20,498 nucleotides of DNA from a bacterium (GTDB lineage: Bacteria; Eisenbacteria; RBG-16-71-46), in contig JAYWEM010000111.1 of the NCBI GenBank assembly GCA_043779265.1, forward strand, positions 1-20,498, written 5' to 3'. Numbering within the stretch: the stretch's first letter is position 1; each line of letters starts with the position of its first letter. Under the pieces are notes generated by a model. It was not told the DNA's origin, ran no database searches, and worked only from the letters and a program-made list of their open reading frames with translations. Position numbers and translations under genes: made by a program. Positions 7,608-15,073 of the stretch are shown here, one piece after another.

Positions 7608-8366
7608 TCATTCCGCGATGACGCGGGTCACGTACACCCGGTCGAGGTTGAACAGCTGCCATCCGATGAGCGCACTCGACAGGGCAGACGAGGTCTCCCC
7701 GAACCACTGGCGCACGAACACGTCGATATTGCCGATCGTCGAGCGCGGCACGTAGACGATGTCGAAGCGACCGAGCGGGATGTCATCGATATCCGAGCCC
7801 TTGAGAAGTCGGTCGACGCGCACACGCGTGACGCGCAGCGTGCGCGCGCCATCGCGATGGAACACGAGCACACTGTTGCGCGCCGCATCATCCTTGAAAC
7901 CGCCCGCCGCCGTGATCGTCTGGAGCAGAGTCGTGAACGGTGCCGCGGGATACGAACCCGGCTTGTCGACGCGTCCGAGCACATGCACCTGATTCCCGGC
8001 GAACTCCTCGACGTGGACGGTCACGCGCGGGTTCCGCAGCTCGGCGGAAAGCAACGCGACGATCGCCTGCTGCAGTTCCATCGGTGTCAGCCCAGCCGCC
8101 ACGACATCGCCGACCGGATGCACGGTGATGCGACCATCGGGACGCACGCGCGTCTCACGCACCATGTTCGTCGGACCGTCGCCGCTCGGACCGAAGTCGA
8201 GATTCAACCGATCGCCCGGGACGATCCGGTACTCGGGGACACGGCTCCAATCGATCGCCGTCGAGTCCGAGGACGTGACCGGGGAGATCGCGCGTGCCGG
8301 GGCGGAGCCGAGGCAGAGCGATGCGAGGATCAGGGTCGACAGCGAGAAACGGACACTCAAGGACAC
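7608..8366 (-). CDS. Polysaccharide biosynthesis/export (OPX, Wza-like) protein
   Basis: EYRIVPGDRL, VRPDGRIT...GDVVAAGLT (Poly_export domain), VHVLGRVDKPG...AAGGF (SLBB domain), DIVYVPRS. Signal peptide ending in ARA. GGAG RBS 5 nt before GTG 8366. Confidence 0.9.
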   Translation of the reverse strand: MSLSVRFSLSTLILASLCLGSAPARAISPVTSSDSTAIDWSRVPEYRIVPGDRLNLDFGPSGDGPTNMVRETRVRPDGRITVHPVGDVVAAGLTPMELQQAIVALLSAELRNPRVTVHVEEFAGNQVHVLGRVDKPGSYPAAPFTTLLQTITAAGGFKDDAARNSVLVFHRDGARTLRVTRVRVDRLLKGSDIDDIPLGRFDIVYVPRSTIGNIDVFVRQWFGETSSALSSALIGWQLFNLDRVYVTRVIAE

Positions 8367-8607
8367 GCGGACTCCGATAGCGGATGGAGGGGCTGAAGGG
8401 CGCGTGCGAATCCCGAGCGCGGAACTCACCCCAGTCGGGGTGACGGAGTGGCTCGGACAGACGCATGCGAGCCCATCAGGGCCCGGCTGACGACTCGACG
8501 GTCGGCCATCTCACGGACTGGCCATTCCCGAAGCAGTAGCAAGATGCGTCTCGGCTCGTCCTCCGCCTACGGATCAGGGCCGGCCGCCGACGATGGCGAC
8601 TCGGACT
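8367..8607 (-). promoter_or_regulatory. Long structured 5' leader of the polysaccharide operon (candidate cis-regulatory RNA)
   Basis: About 240 nt between the predicted TSS (~8607) and the GTG, with several hairpins (e.g. TCACCCC-gact-GGGGTGA), two tandem related stem-loops and anti-SD sequences. Confidence 0.5.
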
Positions 8608-8613
8608 GGGGGA

Positions 8614-8643
8614 AGTATAGGAAGGCGGAAGAATCACTGTCAA
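8614..8643 (-). promoter_or_regulatory. Sigma70-type promoter for the polysaccharide operon
   Basis: Minus strand reads TTGACA (8643-8638), an 18-nt spacer, then TATACT (8619-8614). This is near-consensus in a very GC-rich background and points at the operon. Confidence 0.85.
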
Positions 8644-8671
8644 CGACTTGCAGCCACCGGGAACACGGTTT

Positions 8672-8686
8672 CCGATTCTCAATCGG
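8672..8686. promoter_or_regulatory. Inverted repeat CCGATT-ctc-AATCGG upstream of the -35 element (candidate transcription-factor site)
   Basis: Perfect 6-3-6 dyad centred about 72 nt upstream of the predicted TSS. Confidence 0.35.
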
Positions 8687-8807
8687 GACCCTTCCCTTGG
8701 GTTTCGGCCAGTTGAGCCCACGAATCAAGGGGGGTCCACTCTGGAGCCGGGGGGCCGCGCCAGGTGCGGCGGCCCGTGGCGCTGCGGCCAGGCGCCGGGA
8801 ATCAGCC

Positions 8808-9620
8808 TCAGCCGGGCTTGATCTCCTGGAGCACGACGCTGATCGACCCGATCATGACCTTGGACTTCATGAGCACCGGCATCCGCCGCTCGTCGTCCGT
8901 GAGCCAGATCATGAGCCGTCCCTTGTTCTTGAAGATGCCGCCGGCCTTCAGGATGGGCTCGATCACGATGCACTCGAATCGCCCGGCCGGCGTGTCGACC
9001 TCCTGGCGGCCGAGGATCCGCACCTCCATCGGCGCGCTCTTCCGGCTGGCGTGGTAGTCGAACTTGATGGAGCCCCCGATCGGCAGCGCCTGGAATCGCG
9101 TGAAGTAGAACGACGAGAGCGCGTCCTGGACGTGCGGCGGGATCTCATAGGTGCGGCCGTCATTGTATCGGGCCTGCGAGGAGTCGGGCAGGAACGAGAT
9201 CGTGTCGTTCGCGCGGAACTTCCCTTCGCGCCGGTCCTCGAAGTAGCGCCAACTGAACAGCCCCTCGCGGTCCCACACGGACTCGATCCGGTTCCGAACC
9301 TTGTAGACCTTATCGAAGAAGCCGTTCGATTCGGCGCGCGCGACGAGCCGCCAACTCGGCCGCCCCGCCCAGTCCACGACCTCGGGCACTTCGAGCCAGG
9401 CGCGGCCAGCCTTGATGAAGCCGTACTGCACGCTGAAGCGCAGCGACTCCCCGGGCCGGAACGGGGTCGCCAGAGCAGGCAGCACCTCACGCGTGACGCG
9501 AAGCTGGGAGCTGTCCGGCAGCTCGGGCGAGTCGTCCTGAGTGCGCGCCGGGCTCGCGAGCGTCAACAAGCCGATCATGACCAGTTTGAGTCGGTGGCTC
9601 AGACGTCCTCGAGTGCCCAC
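8808..9620 (-). CDS. DUF3108-family secreted/periplasmic protein
   Basis: PFRPGESLRFSVQYGFIKAG...QDALSSFY...V(D)TPAGRFECI...IWLTDDERRMPV pattern characteristic of DUF3108; signal-peptide-like segment LKLVMIGLLTLASPART. The start is uncertain (9578, 9620 or 9665). Confidence 0.8.
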   Translation of the reverse strand: MGTRGRLSHRLKLVMIGLLTLASPARTQDDSPELPDSSQLRVTREVLPALATPFRPGESLRFSVQYGFIKAGRAWLEVPEVVDWAGRPSWRLVARAESNGFFDKVYKVRNRIESVWDREGLFSWRYFEDRREGKFRANDTISFLPDSSQARYNDGRTYEIPPHVQDALSSFYFTRFQALPIGGSIKFDYHASRKSAPMEVRILGRQEVDTPAGRFECIVIEPILKAGGIFKNKGRLMIWLTDDERRMPVLMKSKVMIGSISVVLQEIKPG

Positions 9621-9679
9621 TGGCCCGCGAAGGCGGGCAGGACTAGGATGATGGAGTTCGTTCATACCCACACCGTATC

Positions 9680-9694
9680 GCAAGTCCGATGCCG
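9680..9694 (-). promoter_or_regulatory. Candidate sigma54 (-24/-12) promoter for the DUF3108 gene
   Basis: Minus strand reads CGGCAT-CGGAC-TTGC, giving exact GG-N10-GC spacing and a close match to TGGCAC-N5-TTGC. Confidence 0.55.
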
Positions 9695-9724
9695 GAAGCG
9701 GCGATCGAGGCTCACGGAGGGACT

Positions 9725-10939
9725 ATGTCCAGCAGCCAATCGACTGTCAAACATCGTCTTGCGACGTCCCAGCGTCTGCAGAACGTGCCCCCCTATGCGC
9801 TGGCCAAAGTGTTCCAGAATCGCGACGAGAAGATGCGCCAGGGTGTCGATGTGATCGATCTGGGCGTCGGGAATCCTGACATCCGTCCGCCTCAGCACGG
9901 AATCGACGCGCTCGAGGCGGCGCTGCGCGACGAAGCGGTGCAGAACCACCGCTATCCGTCATTCAACGGATTGCCCGAGTTCCGCGCCGGCGTCTCGACT
10001 TGGTATCGCACGCGATTCGGCGTTTCGCTCGACAGCGAACGCGAGGCGCTCGCTCTCATCGGCAGCAAGGAGGGCATCGCCAAGTTCTTCCTCGCCCATC
10101 TCGATCCGGGAGACACGATCCTCCTGTGCACGCCCTGCTATCCGGCCTACCTCGGGCAGGCTGCGCTGGCCCAGGTGCGCGTCGTCGAAGTGCCGCTCGT
10201 CGCGTCACGCGGCTTCACGCCCGACCTCTCGGCGATTCCGGACGAAGAGGCCAAGCGCGCCAAGGTCCTGTTCATCAACTTCCCGAACAACCCCTCCGGG
10301 GGCGTCGAGACGCGCGCCCTCTACGAGGACATCCTGAGCTTCGCGCGTGCGCACGATCTGTTCATCGTGAGTGACATCGCCTACTGCGACCTCCCGATGG
10401 ACCCCTCCTATCGCGCCATGTCGTTCTTGGAGGTCGACCGCGATCGCGAGCGCACGGTCGAGTTCCACTCCTTCTCGAAGAGCTACTCGATGCAGGGATG
10501 GCGGCTCGGGTTCGCGGCGGGCAACTCAGATGTGATCGGCAACATGACGCGCATCAAGTCCAACATGGACTTCGGCGTCTTCATGGCGATCCAACGGGCG
10601 GGACTCTCCGTGCTGACCGGCCCGCAGGACTACTGCCGCGAGGCGGCGGCGATGTATCGCGCCCGCGGCGAGGCGTTCCTCTCGGCCATCGAGCCACTCG
10701 GGTTCCCCGTCGCGCTGCCACGGGCATCGCTCTACCTGTGGATGCCCACTACGCGCAGTGCTGCGAGCTCACTCGAGTTCACGGCCGAGCTGGTCGAGCG
10801 CACGGGGGTTGTCGTGGCGCCCGGCTCCGGATTCGGCCAGGCGGGCGAGGGCTACGTCCGGATCGCGCTCTGTGACACCGAGGCGCGCTGCCGTGAGGCG
10901 GGAGAACGCATCGCGAAGGCCGGGTTCCGCTACGAGTGA
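9725..10939 (+). CDS. PLP-dependent class I/II aminotransferase, LL-diaminopimelate aminotransferase-like
   Basis: IDLGVGNPD, HRYP, LIGSKEGIA, INFPNNP, SDIAY, EFHSFSKSYSMQGWRLGF (PLP lysine), GVVVAPGSGFG..GEGYVRIAL. GGAGG RBS before ATG 9725. Substrate specificity (DapL versus AlaC-like) is not certain. Confidence 0.85.
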   Translation: MSSSQSTVKHRLATSQRLQNVPPYALAKVFQNRDEKMRQGVDVIDLGVGNPDIRPPQHGIDALEAALRDEAVQNHRYPSFNGLPEFRAGVSTWYRTRFGVSLDSEREALALIGSKEGIAKFFLAHLDPGDTILLCTPCYPAYLGQAALAQVRVVEVPLVASRGFTPDLSAIPDEEAKRAKVLFINFPNNPSGGVETRALYEDILSFARAHDLFIVSDIAYCDLPMDPSYRAMSFLEVDRDRERTVEFHSFSKSYSMQGWRLGFAAGNSDVIGNMTRIKSNMDFGVFMAIQRAGLSVLTGPQDYCREAAAMYRARGEAFLSAIEPLGFPVALPRASLYLWMPTTRSAASSLEFTAELVERTGVVVAPGSGFGQAGEGYVRIALCDTEARCREAGERIAKAGFRYE

Positions 10940-10954
10940 GGTGGAACCGCTGCG

Positions 10955-12226
10955 TCAGCTGGCCGTGGTCGGCCAGTCCTCGTCCCGAAGCGCTCCATCG
11001 GTTTCCGGGCCGATGGCGGCGAGCGTGAACCGCTCGGGCCGCAGGAACTCCCGGGCCAGCGTGGTCACATCGTCCCGCGTGACGGCGAGAACGCGCTCCA
11101 CCTGGGCCTCGGGCGGCAGATAGCGCCCCGTGTAGAGCTCCTGTCGCGCCATGTGGTACATGCGGCTCGAGACGCTCTCCTGCGAGATGGTGACCGAGCC
11201 CTTCAGCTGCATCTGGGCCGAGGCGACCTCCTCATCGGTGGGACCATCGTCCATGAGGCGATTCAGCTCGTCGCGCAGCAACTGCAGGGCCTTGCGGCCC
11301 TTGTCGGGCGAGACCCCCATGTGGATCGTGAGCATGCCGACGTCGCGCAGCGTGTCGATCGAGCTGAACACGCTGTAGGCGAGCCCCGCATCCTCGCGAA
11401 TCGCCTGGAACAAGCGTGAGCTCATGCCCCCGCCGAGCAGAGTCTCCAGCACGATGAGCGCCGGACGCCGCGGGTCCGTGTAGCAGATCGCGCGCGTTCC
11501 CAGGGAGAGATGCATCTGCTGCACATCATCCACGGTCTGTCGCACGACCGGGGCGACGTCGGCGGGCGATGTGCTCGGGTCCGGACTCGGGCCATCGGGC
11601 GGCGTGAACCAGCGCGTGACGAGTCCTGCGAGTTCCGCGTGGTCGAGTCCGCCGGCCACGGCGAGGACCATCTGATCGCCACGGTAGCGCCTCGAGACCT
11701 CCTCGATGAGCGCGTCGCGCGTGAAGCCATCGACGGACGCTGCCGTACCGAGGATGGGCATTCCGAGCGGATGACTCCCCCACATCTGCTCGGACAACTG
11801 ATCCCCGACTCGCTCCTCGGGGTTGTCCTCGTAGGAGAGGATCTCCTCCTTGACGACGCTCTTCTCGCGTTCGATCTCCGGGCTATCGAACCGGCTCCTG
11901 CCAGTCAGATCCGAGAGCACCTCGATCGTCTGCGGCAGGTGCTCGCTGAGGGCGCGGGCGGTGTACACGACCTGCTCTCGCGTCGTGAAGGCATCGAGAT
12001 GGCCGCCCAGCGACTCGAGCGACGCCGCGATCGCCTTCGCGTCGCGAGACTCGGTACCCTTGAACATCATGTGCTCGGTGAAGTGAGCCATACCGGGGAC
12101 GGACTCATCCCGCGAGCCGGTGCGCACCCACAGCCCCAACGAGACGCTGCGCCGATCGGGCATCGCCTGACTGAGCAGGGTGAGCCCTCCCGGCAGGACG
12201 CTCTTCTGGACCTCGTGCGACGCCAT
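10955..12226 (-). CDS. M16 family (pitrilysin/insulinase-like) zinc peptidase
   Basis: Inverted zinc motif HFTEH, MFKGT, AFTTRE, EIEREKSVVKEE, LGGGMSSRLFQAIRE..GLAY. Commonly found directly downstream of pnp. AAGGGG RBS. Confidence 0.93.
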   Translation of the reverse strand: MASHEVQKSVLPGGLTLLSQAMPDRRSVSLGLWVRTGSRDESVPGMAHFTEHMMFKGTESRDAKAIAASLESLGGHLDAFTTREQVVYTARALSEHLPQTIEVLSDLTGRSRFDSPEIEREKSVVKEEILSYEDNPEERVGDQLSEQMWGSHPLGMPILGTAASVDGFTRDALIEEVSRRYRGDQMVLAVAGGLDHAELAGLVTRWFTPPDGPSPDPSTSPADVAPVVRQTVDDVQQMHLSLGTRAICYTDPRRPALIVLETLLGGGMSSRLFQAIREDAGLAYSVFSSIDTLRDVGMLTIHMGVSPDKGRKALQLLRDELNRLMDDGPTDEEVASAQMQLKGSVTISQESVSSRMYHMARQELYTGRYLPPEAQVERVLAVTRDDVTTLAREFLRPERFTLAAIGPETDGALRDEDWPTTAS

Positions 12227-12242
12227 GATGTCCCCTTGGAAC

Positions 12243-12277
12243 AGAACGGGCGGCTCCGGGAAGGAGCCGCCCGTTCT
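12243..12277 (-). terminator. Strong hairpin after pnp (terminator-like or mRNA-stabilising)
   Basis: 15-bp perfect stem AGAACGGGCGGCTCC / GGAGCCGCCCGTTCT with a 5-nt loop. The minus-strand tail GTTCTGTT is only an interrupted U-tract. Confidence 0.65.
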
Positions 12278-12290
12278 CGCCTACGGTGGA

Positions 12291-14495
12291 TCAGCGACGG
12301 CGGCCGCGATCCCCGCCACCGGAACGAGGACCACGATCTCCGCGGTCGCCCCGGTCACGAAACCCACCACGATCCCCGCCACGGTCCCCACCTGCGACCG
12401 CGCCCTCGGGCTCGGGCAGGAGAGCACGACGCGACAGTCGGATCTTGCCGTCCTTGTCCACGCTGATGACCTTGACCATCACGACATCGCCGACGTTGAG
12501 GACGTCTTCGACGCGCTCGGTGCGAGCGTGATCGATCTCGGAAACGTGCAGCAGACCGTCACGACCCGGCACGATCTCCACGAACGCGCCGAAGTTGACG
12601 ATGCTGCGCACCTTGCCCTGGTACGTACGTCCGACCTCGGGATCCTCGGTGATGTTGCGGATCAACTCCTCGGCGCGCTTGCCGCCCTCGAGGCTGATGG
12701 CCGCGATGCGGATCTCGCCGGAATCCTGGATGTCGATCTGGCAGCCGGTCTCCTCGGTGATCTTCTTGATCACCTTGCCACCGGGCCCGATGACCTCGCG
12801 GATCTTGTCCGGGTGAATCGTGATGATCGTGATCCGCGGAGCGAACGGCGACATCTCGGCACGAGGCTCAGCCAAGCAGGCCGCCATCTTGTCGAGGATG
12901 TAAAGACGGCCGGCGTGCGCCTTCGAGAGCGCGTTCTTCAGGATCTCGAACGAGATGCCACCGATCTTGGTGTCCATCTGGAAGGCCGTGATGCCCTCAC
13001 GCGTTCCGGTCACCTTGAAATCCATGTCGCCGAGGTGATCCTCGACGCCCAGGATGTCGGTGAGCACGGCGACACGGTCGCCTTCCTTGATGAGTCCCAT
13101 GGCCACACCTGCAACCGCCGCCTTGATCGGCACACCGGCGTCCATCAGCGCCATCGAGGCGCCGCAGACCGAGGCCATCGAGGAGCTGCCGTTCGACTCG
13201 AGGATGTCCGAGACGATGCGGATGGTGTACGGGAAGCTGGTGTCGGCCGGGATGACCGGCTCCACCGAGCGCTCCGCGAGGACGCCATGTCCGATCTCGC
13301 GACGACCCGGACCCCGGATGGGGCGCGCCTCGCCGACCGAGAAGGGCGGGAAGTTGTAGTGCAGCATGTACGACTTCCAGGACTGGCCCTCGAGTTCCTC
13401 GACGCGCTGCTCATCGGCCTTGGTGCCGAGCGTCGTGACGACGAGTGCCTGGGTCTCGCCACGCGTGAACAGGCAGGAGCCATGCGTGCGCGGGAGGATG
13501 CCGACCTCAATGGTGATCGGGCGGATCTGGTCGGGATTGCGGCCATCGGCGCGCAGCCCCTCGGCGAGCACCATCTCACGCAGTTCATCGCGCTCGATCT
13601 CATGCAACAGCTTGCCGATGTAGACAGCCTTGTCGCCGTGCTTCTCGGCGAAGCCCGCCTTGGCCTCGGTGGAGATGATGCCGATCTCCTCGAGGCGACG
13701 CTCCTTGCCGGGGATGCGGATGGCCGCGCGCAGTCGTGCAGCGAATGCATTGCGCAGATCCGTCTCGAGATCCTTGACGTCGATCTTCTCGACCACCGGG
13801 CGCTTGGCCTTGGGCAGCGGATTCTTCGCAGTCAGTTCCGTCTGAGCAGCGACGAGATTGCGGACGTGACCCATCGCGAACTCGAGCGCGGCGATCATGT
13901 CGGCCTCGGCCACCTCGCGACAGCCGCCCTCGACCATGATGATGTCCTTGGCCGTGCCCGCCACGATGATGTCCATGTCGCTCTCATCGAGCTCCGTGAA
14001 CGTCGGCATGACGATGAACTTGCCGTCCACACGACCGACGCGCACACCGGCGAACGGCTCGGGGAACGGAATGTCCGAGAGCATCAGCGACGCCGACCCG
14101 CCGATCAGGGCGAGGACGTCTGCGTCGTGCTCCTGGTCCGACGACACAACGGTCGCCATGACCTGCGTCTCGTACGGCCACTGCTTGCTCATGAGCGGGC
14201 GGATCGGCCGATCGGTGAGGCGCGAGCTGAGCGTCTCCTTCTCGGTCGGACGGCCTTCGCGCTTGAAGAAGCCGCCGGGGATCTTGCCTGCCGCATACGT
14301 GCGCTCGCGGTAATCCACCGTCAGGGGAACGAAGTCGATCCCCGGCTTGGCGGTCTTGGCGGCGCTGGAGGCCACGAGGACGACGGTGTCGCCGAGTTGG
14401 ACGACGACGGAGCCGCCGGCGAGCTTGGCCCACTTGCCCGTGGAGATGGTGAGGGACTTGCCCCCAAGATCCACGGAAACCTTCTGTTCGTTCAT
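12291..14495 (-). CDS. pnp: Polyribonucleotide nucleotidyltransferase (PNPase)
   Basis: DFVPLTVDYRE..YAAGKIPGGFFKREGRP, RLTDRPIRP, HGSCLFTRGETQ, GRREIGHG, ESNGSSSMAS, EDHLGDMDFKV, then KH (VIGPGGK) and S1 domains. Start MNEQK at 14495. Confidence 0.98.
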   Translation of the reverse strand: MNEQKVSVDLGGKSLTISTGKWAKLAGGSVVVQLGDTVVLVASSAAKTAKPGIDFVPLTVDYRERTYAAGKIPGGFFKREGRPTEKETLSSRLTDRPIRPLMSKQWPYETQVMATVVSSDQEHDADVLALIGGSASLMLSDIPFPEPFAGVRVGRVDGKFIVMPTFTELDESDMDIIVAGTAKDIIMVEGGCREVAEADMIAALEFAMGHVRNLVAAQTELTAKNPLPKAKRPVVEKIDVKDLETDLRNAFAARLRAAIRIPGKERRLEEIGIISTEAKAGFAEKHGDKAVYIGKLLHEIERDELREMVLAEGLRADGRNPDQIRPITIEVGILPRTHGSCLFTRGETQALVVTTLGTKADEQRVEELEGQSWKSYMLHYNFPPFSVGEARPIRGPGRREIGHGVLAERSVEPVIPADTSFPYTIRIVSDILESNGSSSMASVCGASMALMDAGVPIKAAVAGVAMGLIKEGDRVAVLTDILGVEDHLGDMDFKVTGTREGITAFQMDTKIGGISFEILKNALSKAHAGRLYILDKMAACLAEPRAEMSPFAPRITIITIHPDKIREVIGPGGKVIKKITEETGCQIDIQDSGEIRIAAISLEGGKRAEELIRNITEDPEVGRTYQGKVRSIVNFGAFVEIVPGRDGLLHVSEIDHARTERVEDVLNVGDVVMVKVISVDKDGKIRLSRRALLPEPEGAVAGGDRGGDRGGFRDRGDRGDRGPRSGGGDRGRRR

Positions 14496-14601
14496 TCTAC
14501 TTCCCGTCTCTCGCAAGCACGCGAGGCCTTCCCGCGTGCGACCACCCATCCGGCCCTGCGTCGGCCGGCGGGCCGGGCGGGGACCAACCCCGCCCTATGA
14601 G

Positions 14602-14627
14602 GGACGCGGCCCACGTGGGCCGCGTCC
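14602..14627. repeat. Perfect 26-bp palindrome downstream of rpsO
   Basis: GGACGCGGCCCACGTGGGCCGCGTCC is its own reverse complement; it is one of four hairpins in the rpsO-pnp spacer. Confidence 0.85.
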
Positions 14628-14645
14628 ACCGCCGCCAGGTCCATC

Positions 14646-14915
14646 CTAGCGACGAAGTCCCAGATCCTTGACCACCTTGCGGTAGCGCTCGACGCGGGTC
14701 GACTTCAGATAGTCGAGCAGTCGGCGGCGCTGTCCCACCATACGGAGGAGGCCGCGGCGCGACGCGTGGTCACGCTTGTGGATCTTGAAGTGTTCAGTGA
14801 GGTAATTGATCTTCTCGGTGAGGAGGGCGATCTGCACCTCCGGTGATCCCGAGTCGCCTTCGTGCGTCTTGAACTTCTCGATGATGCCCTGCTTCTGCTC
14901 TTTGGTGAGCGTCAC
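14646..14915 (-). CDS. rpsO: 30S ribosomal protein uS15
   Basis: [16 protein letters not shown]...[25 protein letters not shown]...LGLRR; 89 aa; GTG start with AGGAG RBS. Confidence 0.99.
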   Translation of the reverse strand: MTLTKEQKQGIIEKFKTHEGDSGSPEVQIALLTEKINYLTEHFKIHKRDHASRRGLLRMVGQRRRLLDYLKSTRVERYRKVVKDLGLRR

Positions 14916-15017
14916 CGGGGCTCTCCTGCCAGATGGTGGTACGGAATGGCCCCGGGCCGGGAGTGTCAGGCCTCCACGGTCGGAGCGGACAGAGCGGGAC
15001 CCGATGGGGTTCCGCGA
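14916..15017 (-). promoter_or_regulatory. Candidate uS15 autoregulatory mRNA leader
   Basis: About 100-nt leader with a 5' hairpin (14994-15015) and a GGCC-UGACACUCCC-GGCC stem-loop (14955-14972) whose loop CUCC is complementary to the GGAG of the RBS. Confidence 0.55.
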
Positions 15018-15023
15018 CGATGC

Positions 15024-15052
15024 AATGTAGCACCGGGCACCCGGGCCTCCAA
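15024..15052 (-). promoter_or_regulatory. Sigma70-type promoter for rpsO-pnp
   Basis: Minus strand reads TTGGAG, a 17-nt spacer, then TACATT, with an extended -10 TGn. Confidence 0.65.
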
Positions 15053-15073
15053 GCGCCGCTTCGGGCGTATGGA

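Noticed and set aside
5893..7755. 620-aa plus-strand ORF antisense to the co-polymerase and kinase
   Set aside because: Shadow ORF; the minus-strand genes carry clear family motifs and coupled junctions.
8426..8509. 27-aa ORF (MADRRVVSRALMGSHASVRATPSPRLG) in the leader
   Set aside because: No convincing RBS or attenuator-like codon bias; expected by chance in GC-rich DNA.
8556..8568. GGCGGAGGACG as an ops/JUMPStart element
   Set aside because: It does not match GGCGGTAGnnTG at the key positions.
8559..8580. CCUGAUCCGUAGGCGGAGGA resembles the 3' half of a TPP riboswitch
   Set aside because: The essential upstream UGAGA element and a proper P5 loop are missing, and the gene context does not fit.
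8470..8580. CUGAU motifs as hammerhead ribozyme cores
   Set aside because: Neither reads CUGANGA, and there is no matching GAAA core.
8448..9854. 468-aa plus-strand ORF across the leader and DUF3108
   Set aside because: No motifs or RBS; mostly antisense to DUF3108 and crosses a near-consensus promoter.
14575..14599. Hairpin resembling a GTAG-type REP element
   Set aside because: It reads ATAG rather than GTAG, is single-copy in the window, and has no RAYT transposase nearby.
12180..14600. 806-aa plus-strand ORF antisense to pnp
   Set aside because: Shadow ORF produced by high-GC codon bias on the opposite strand; no recognisable motifs, and it overlaps an unambiguous gene.
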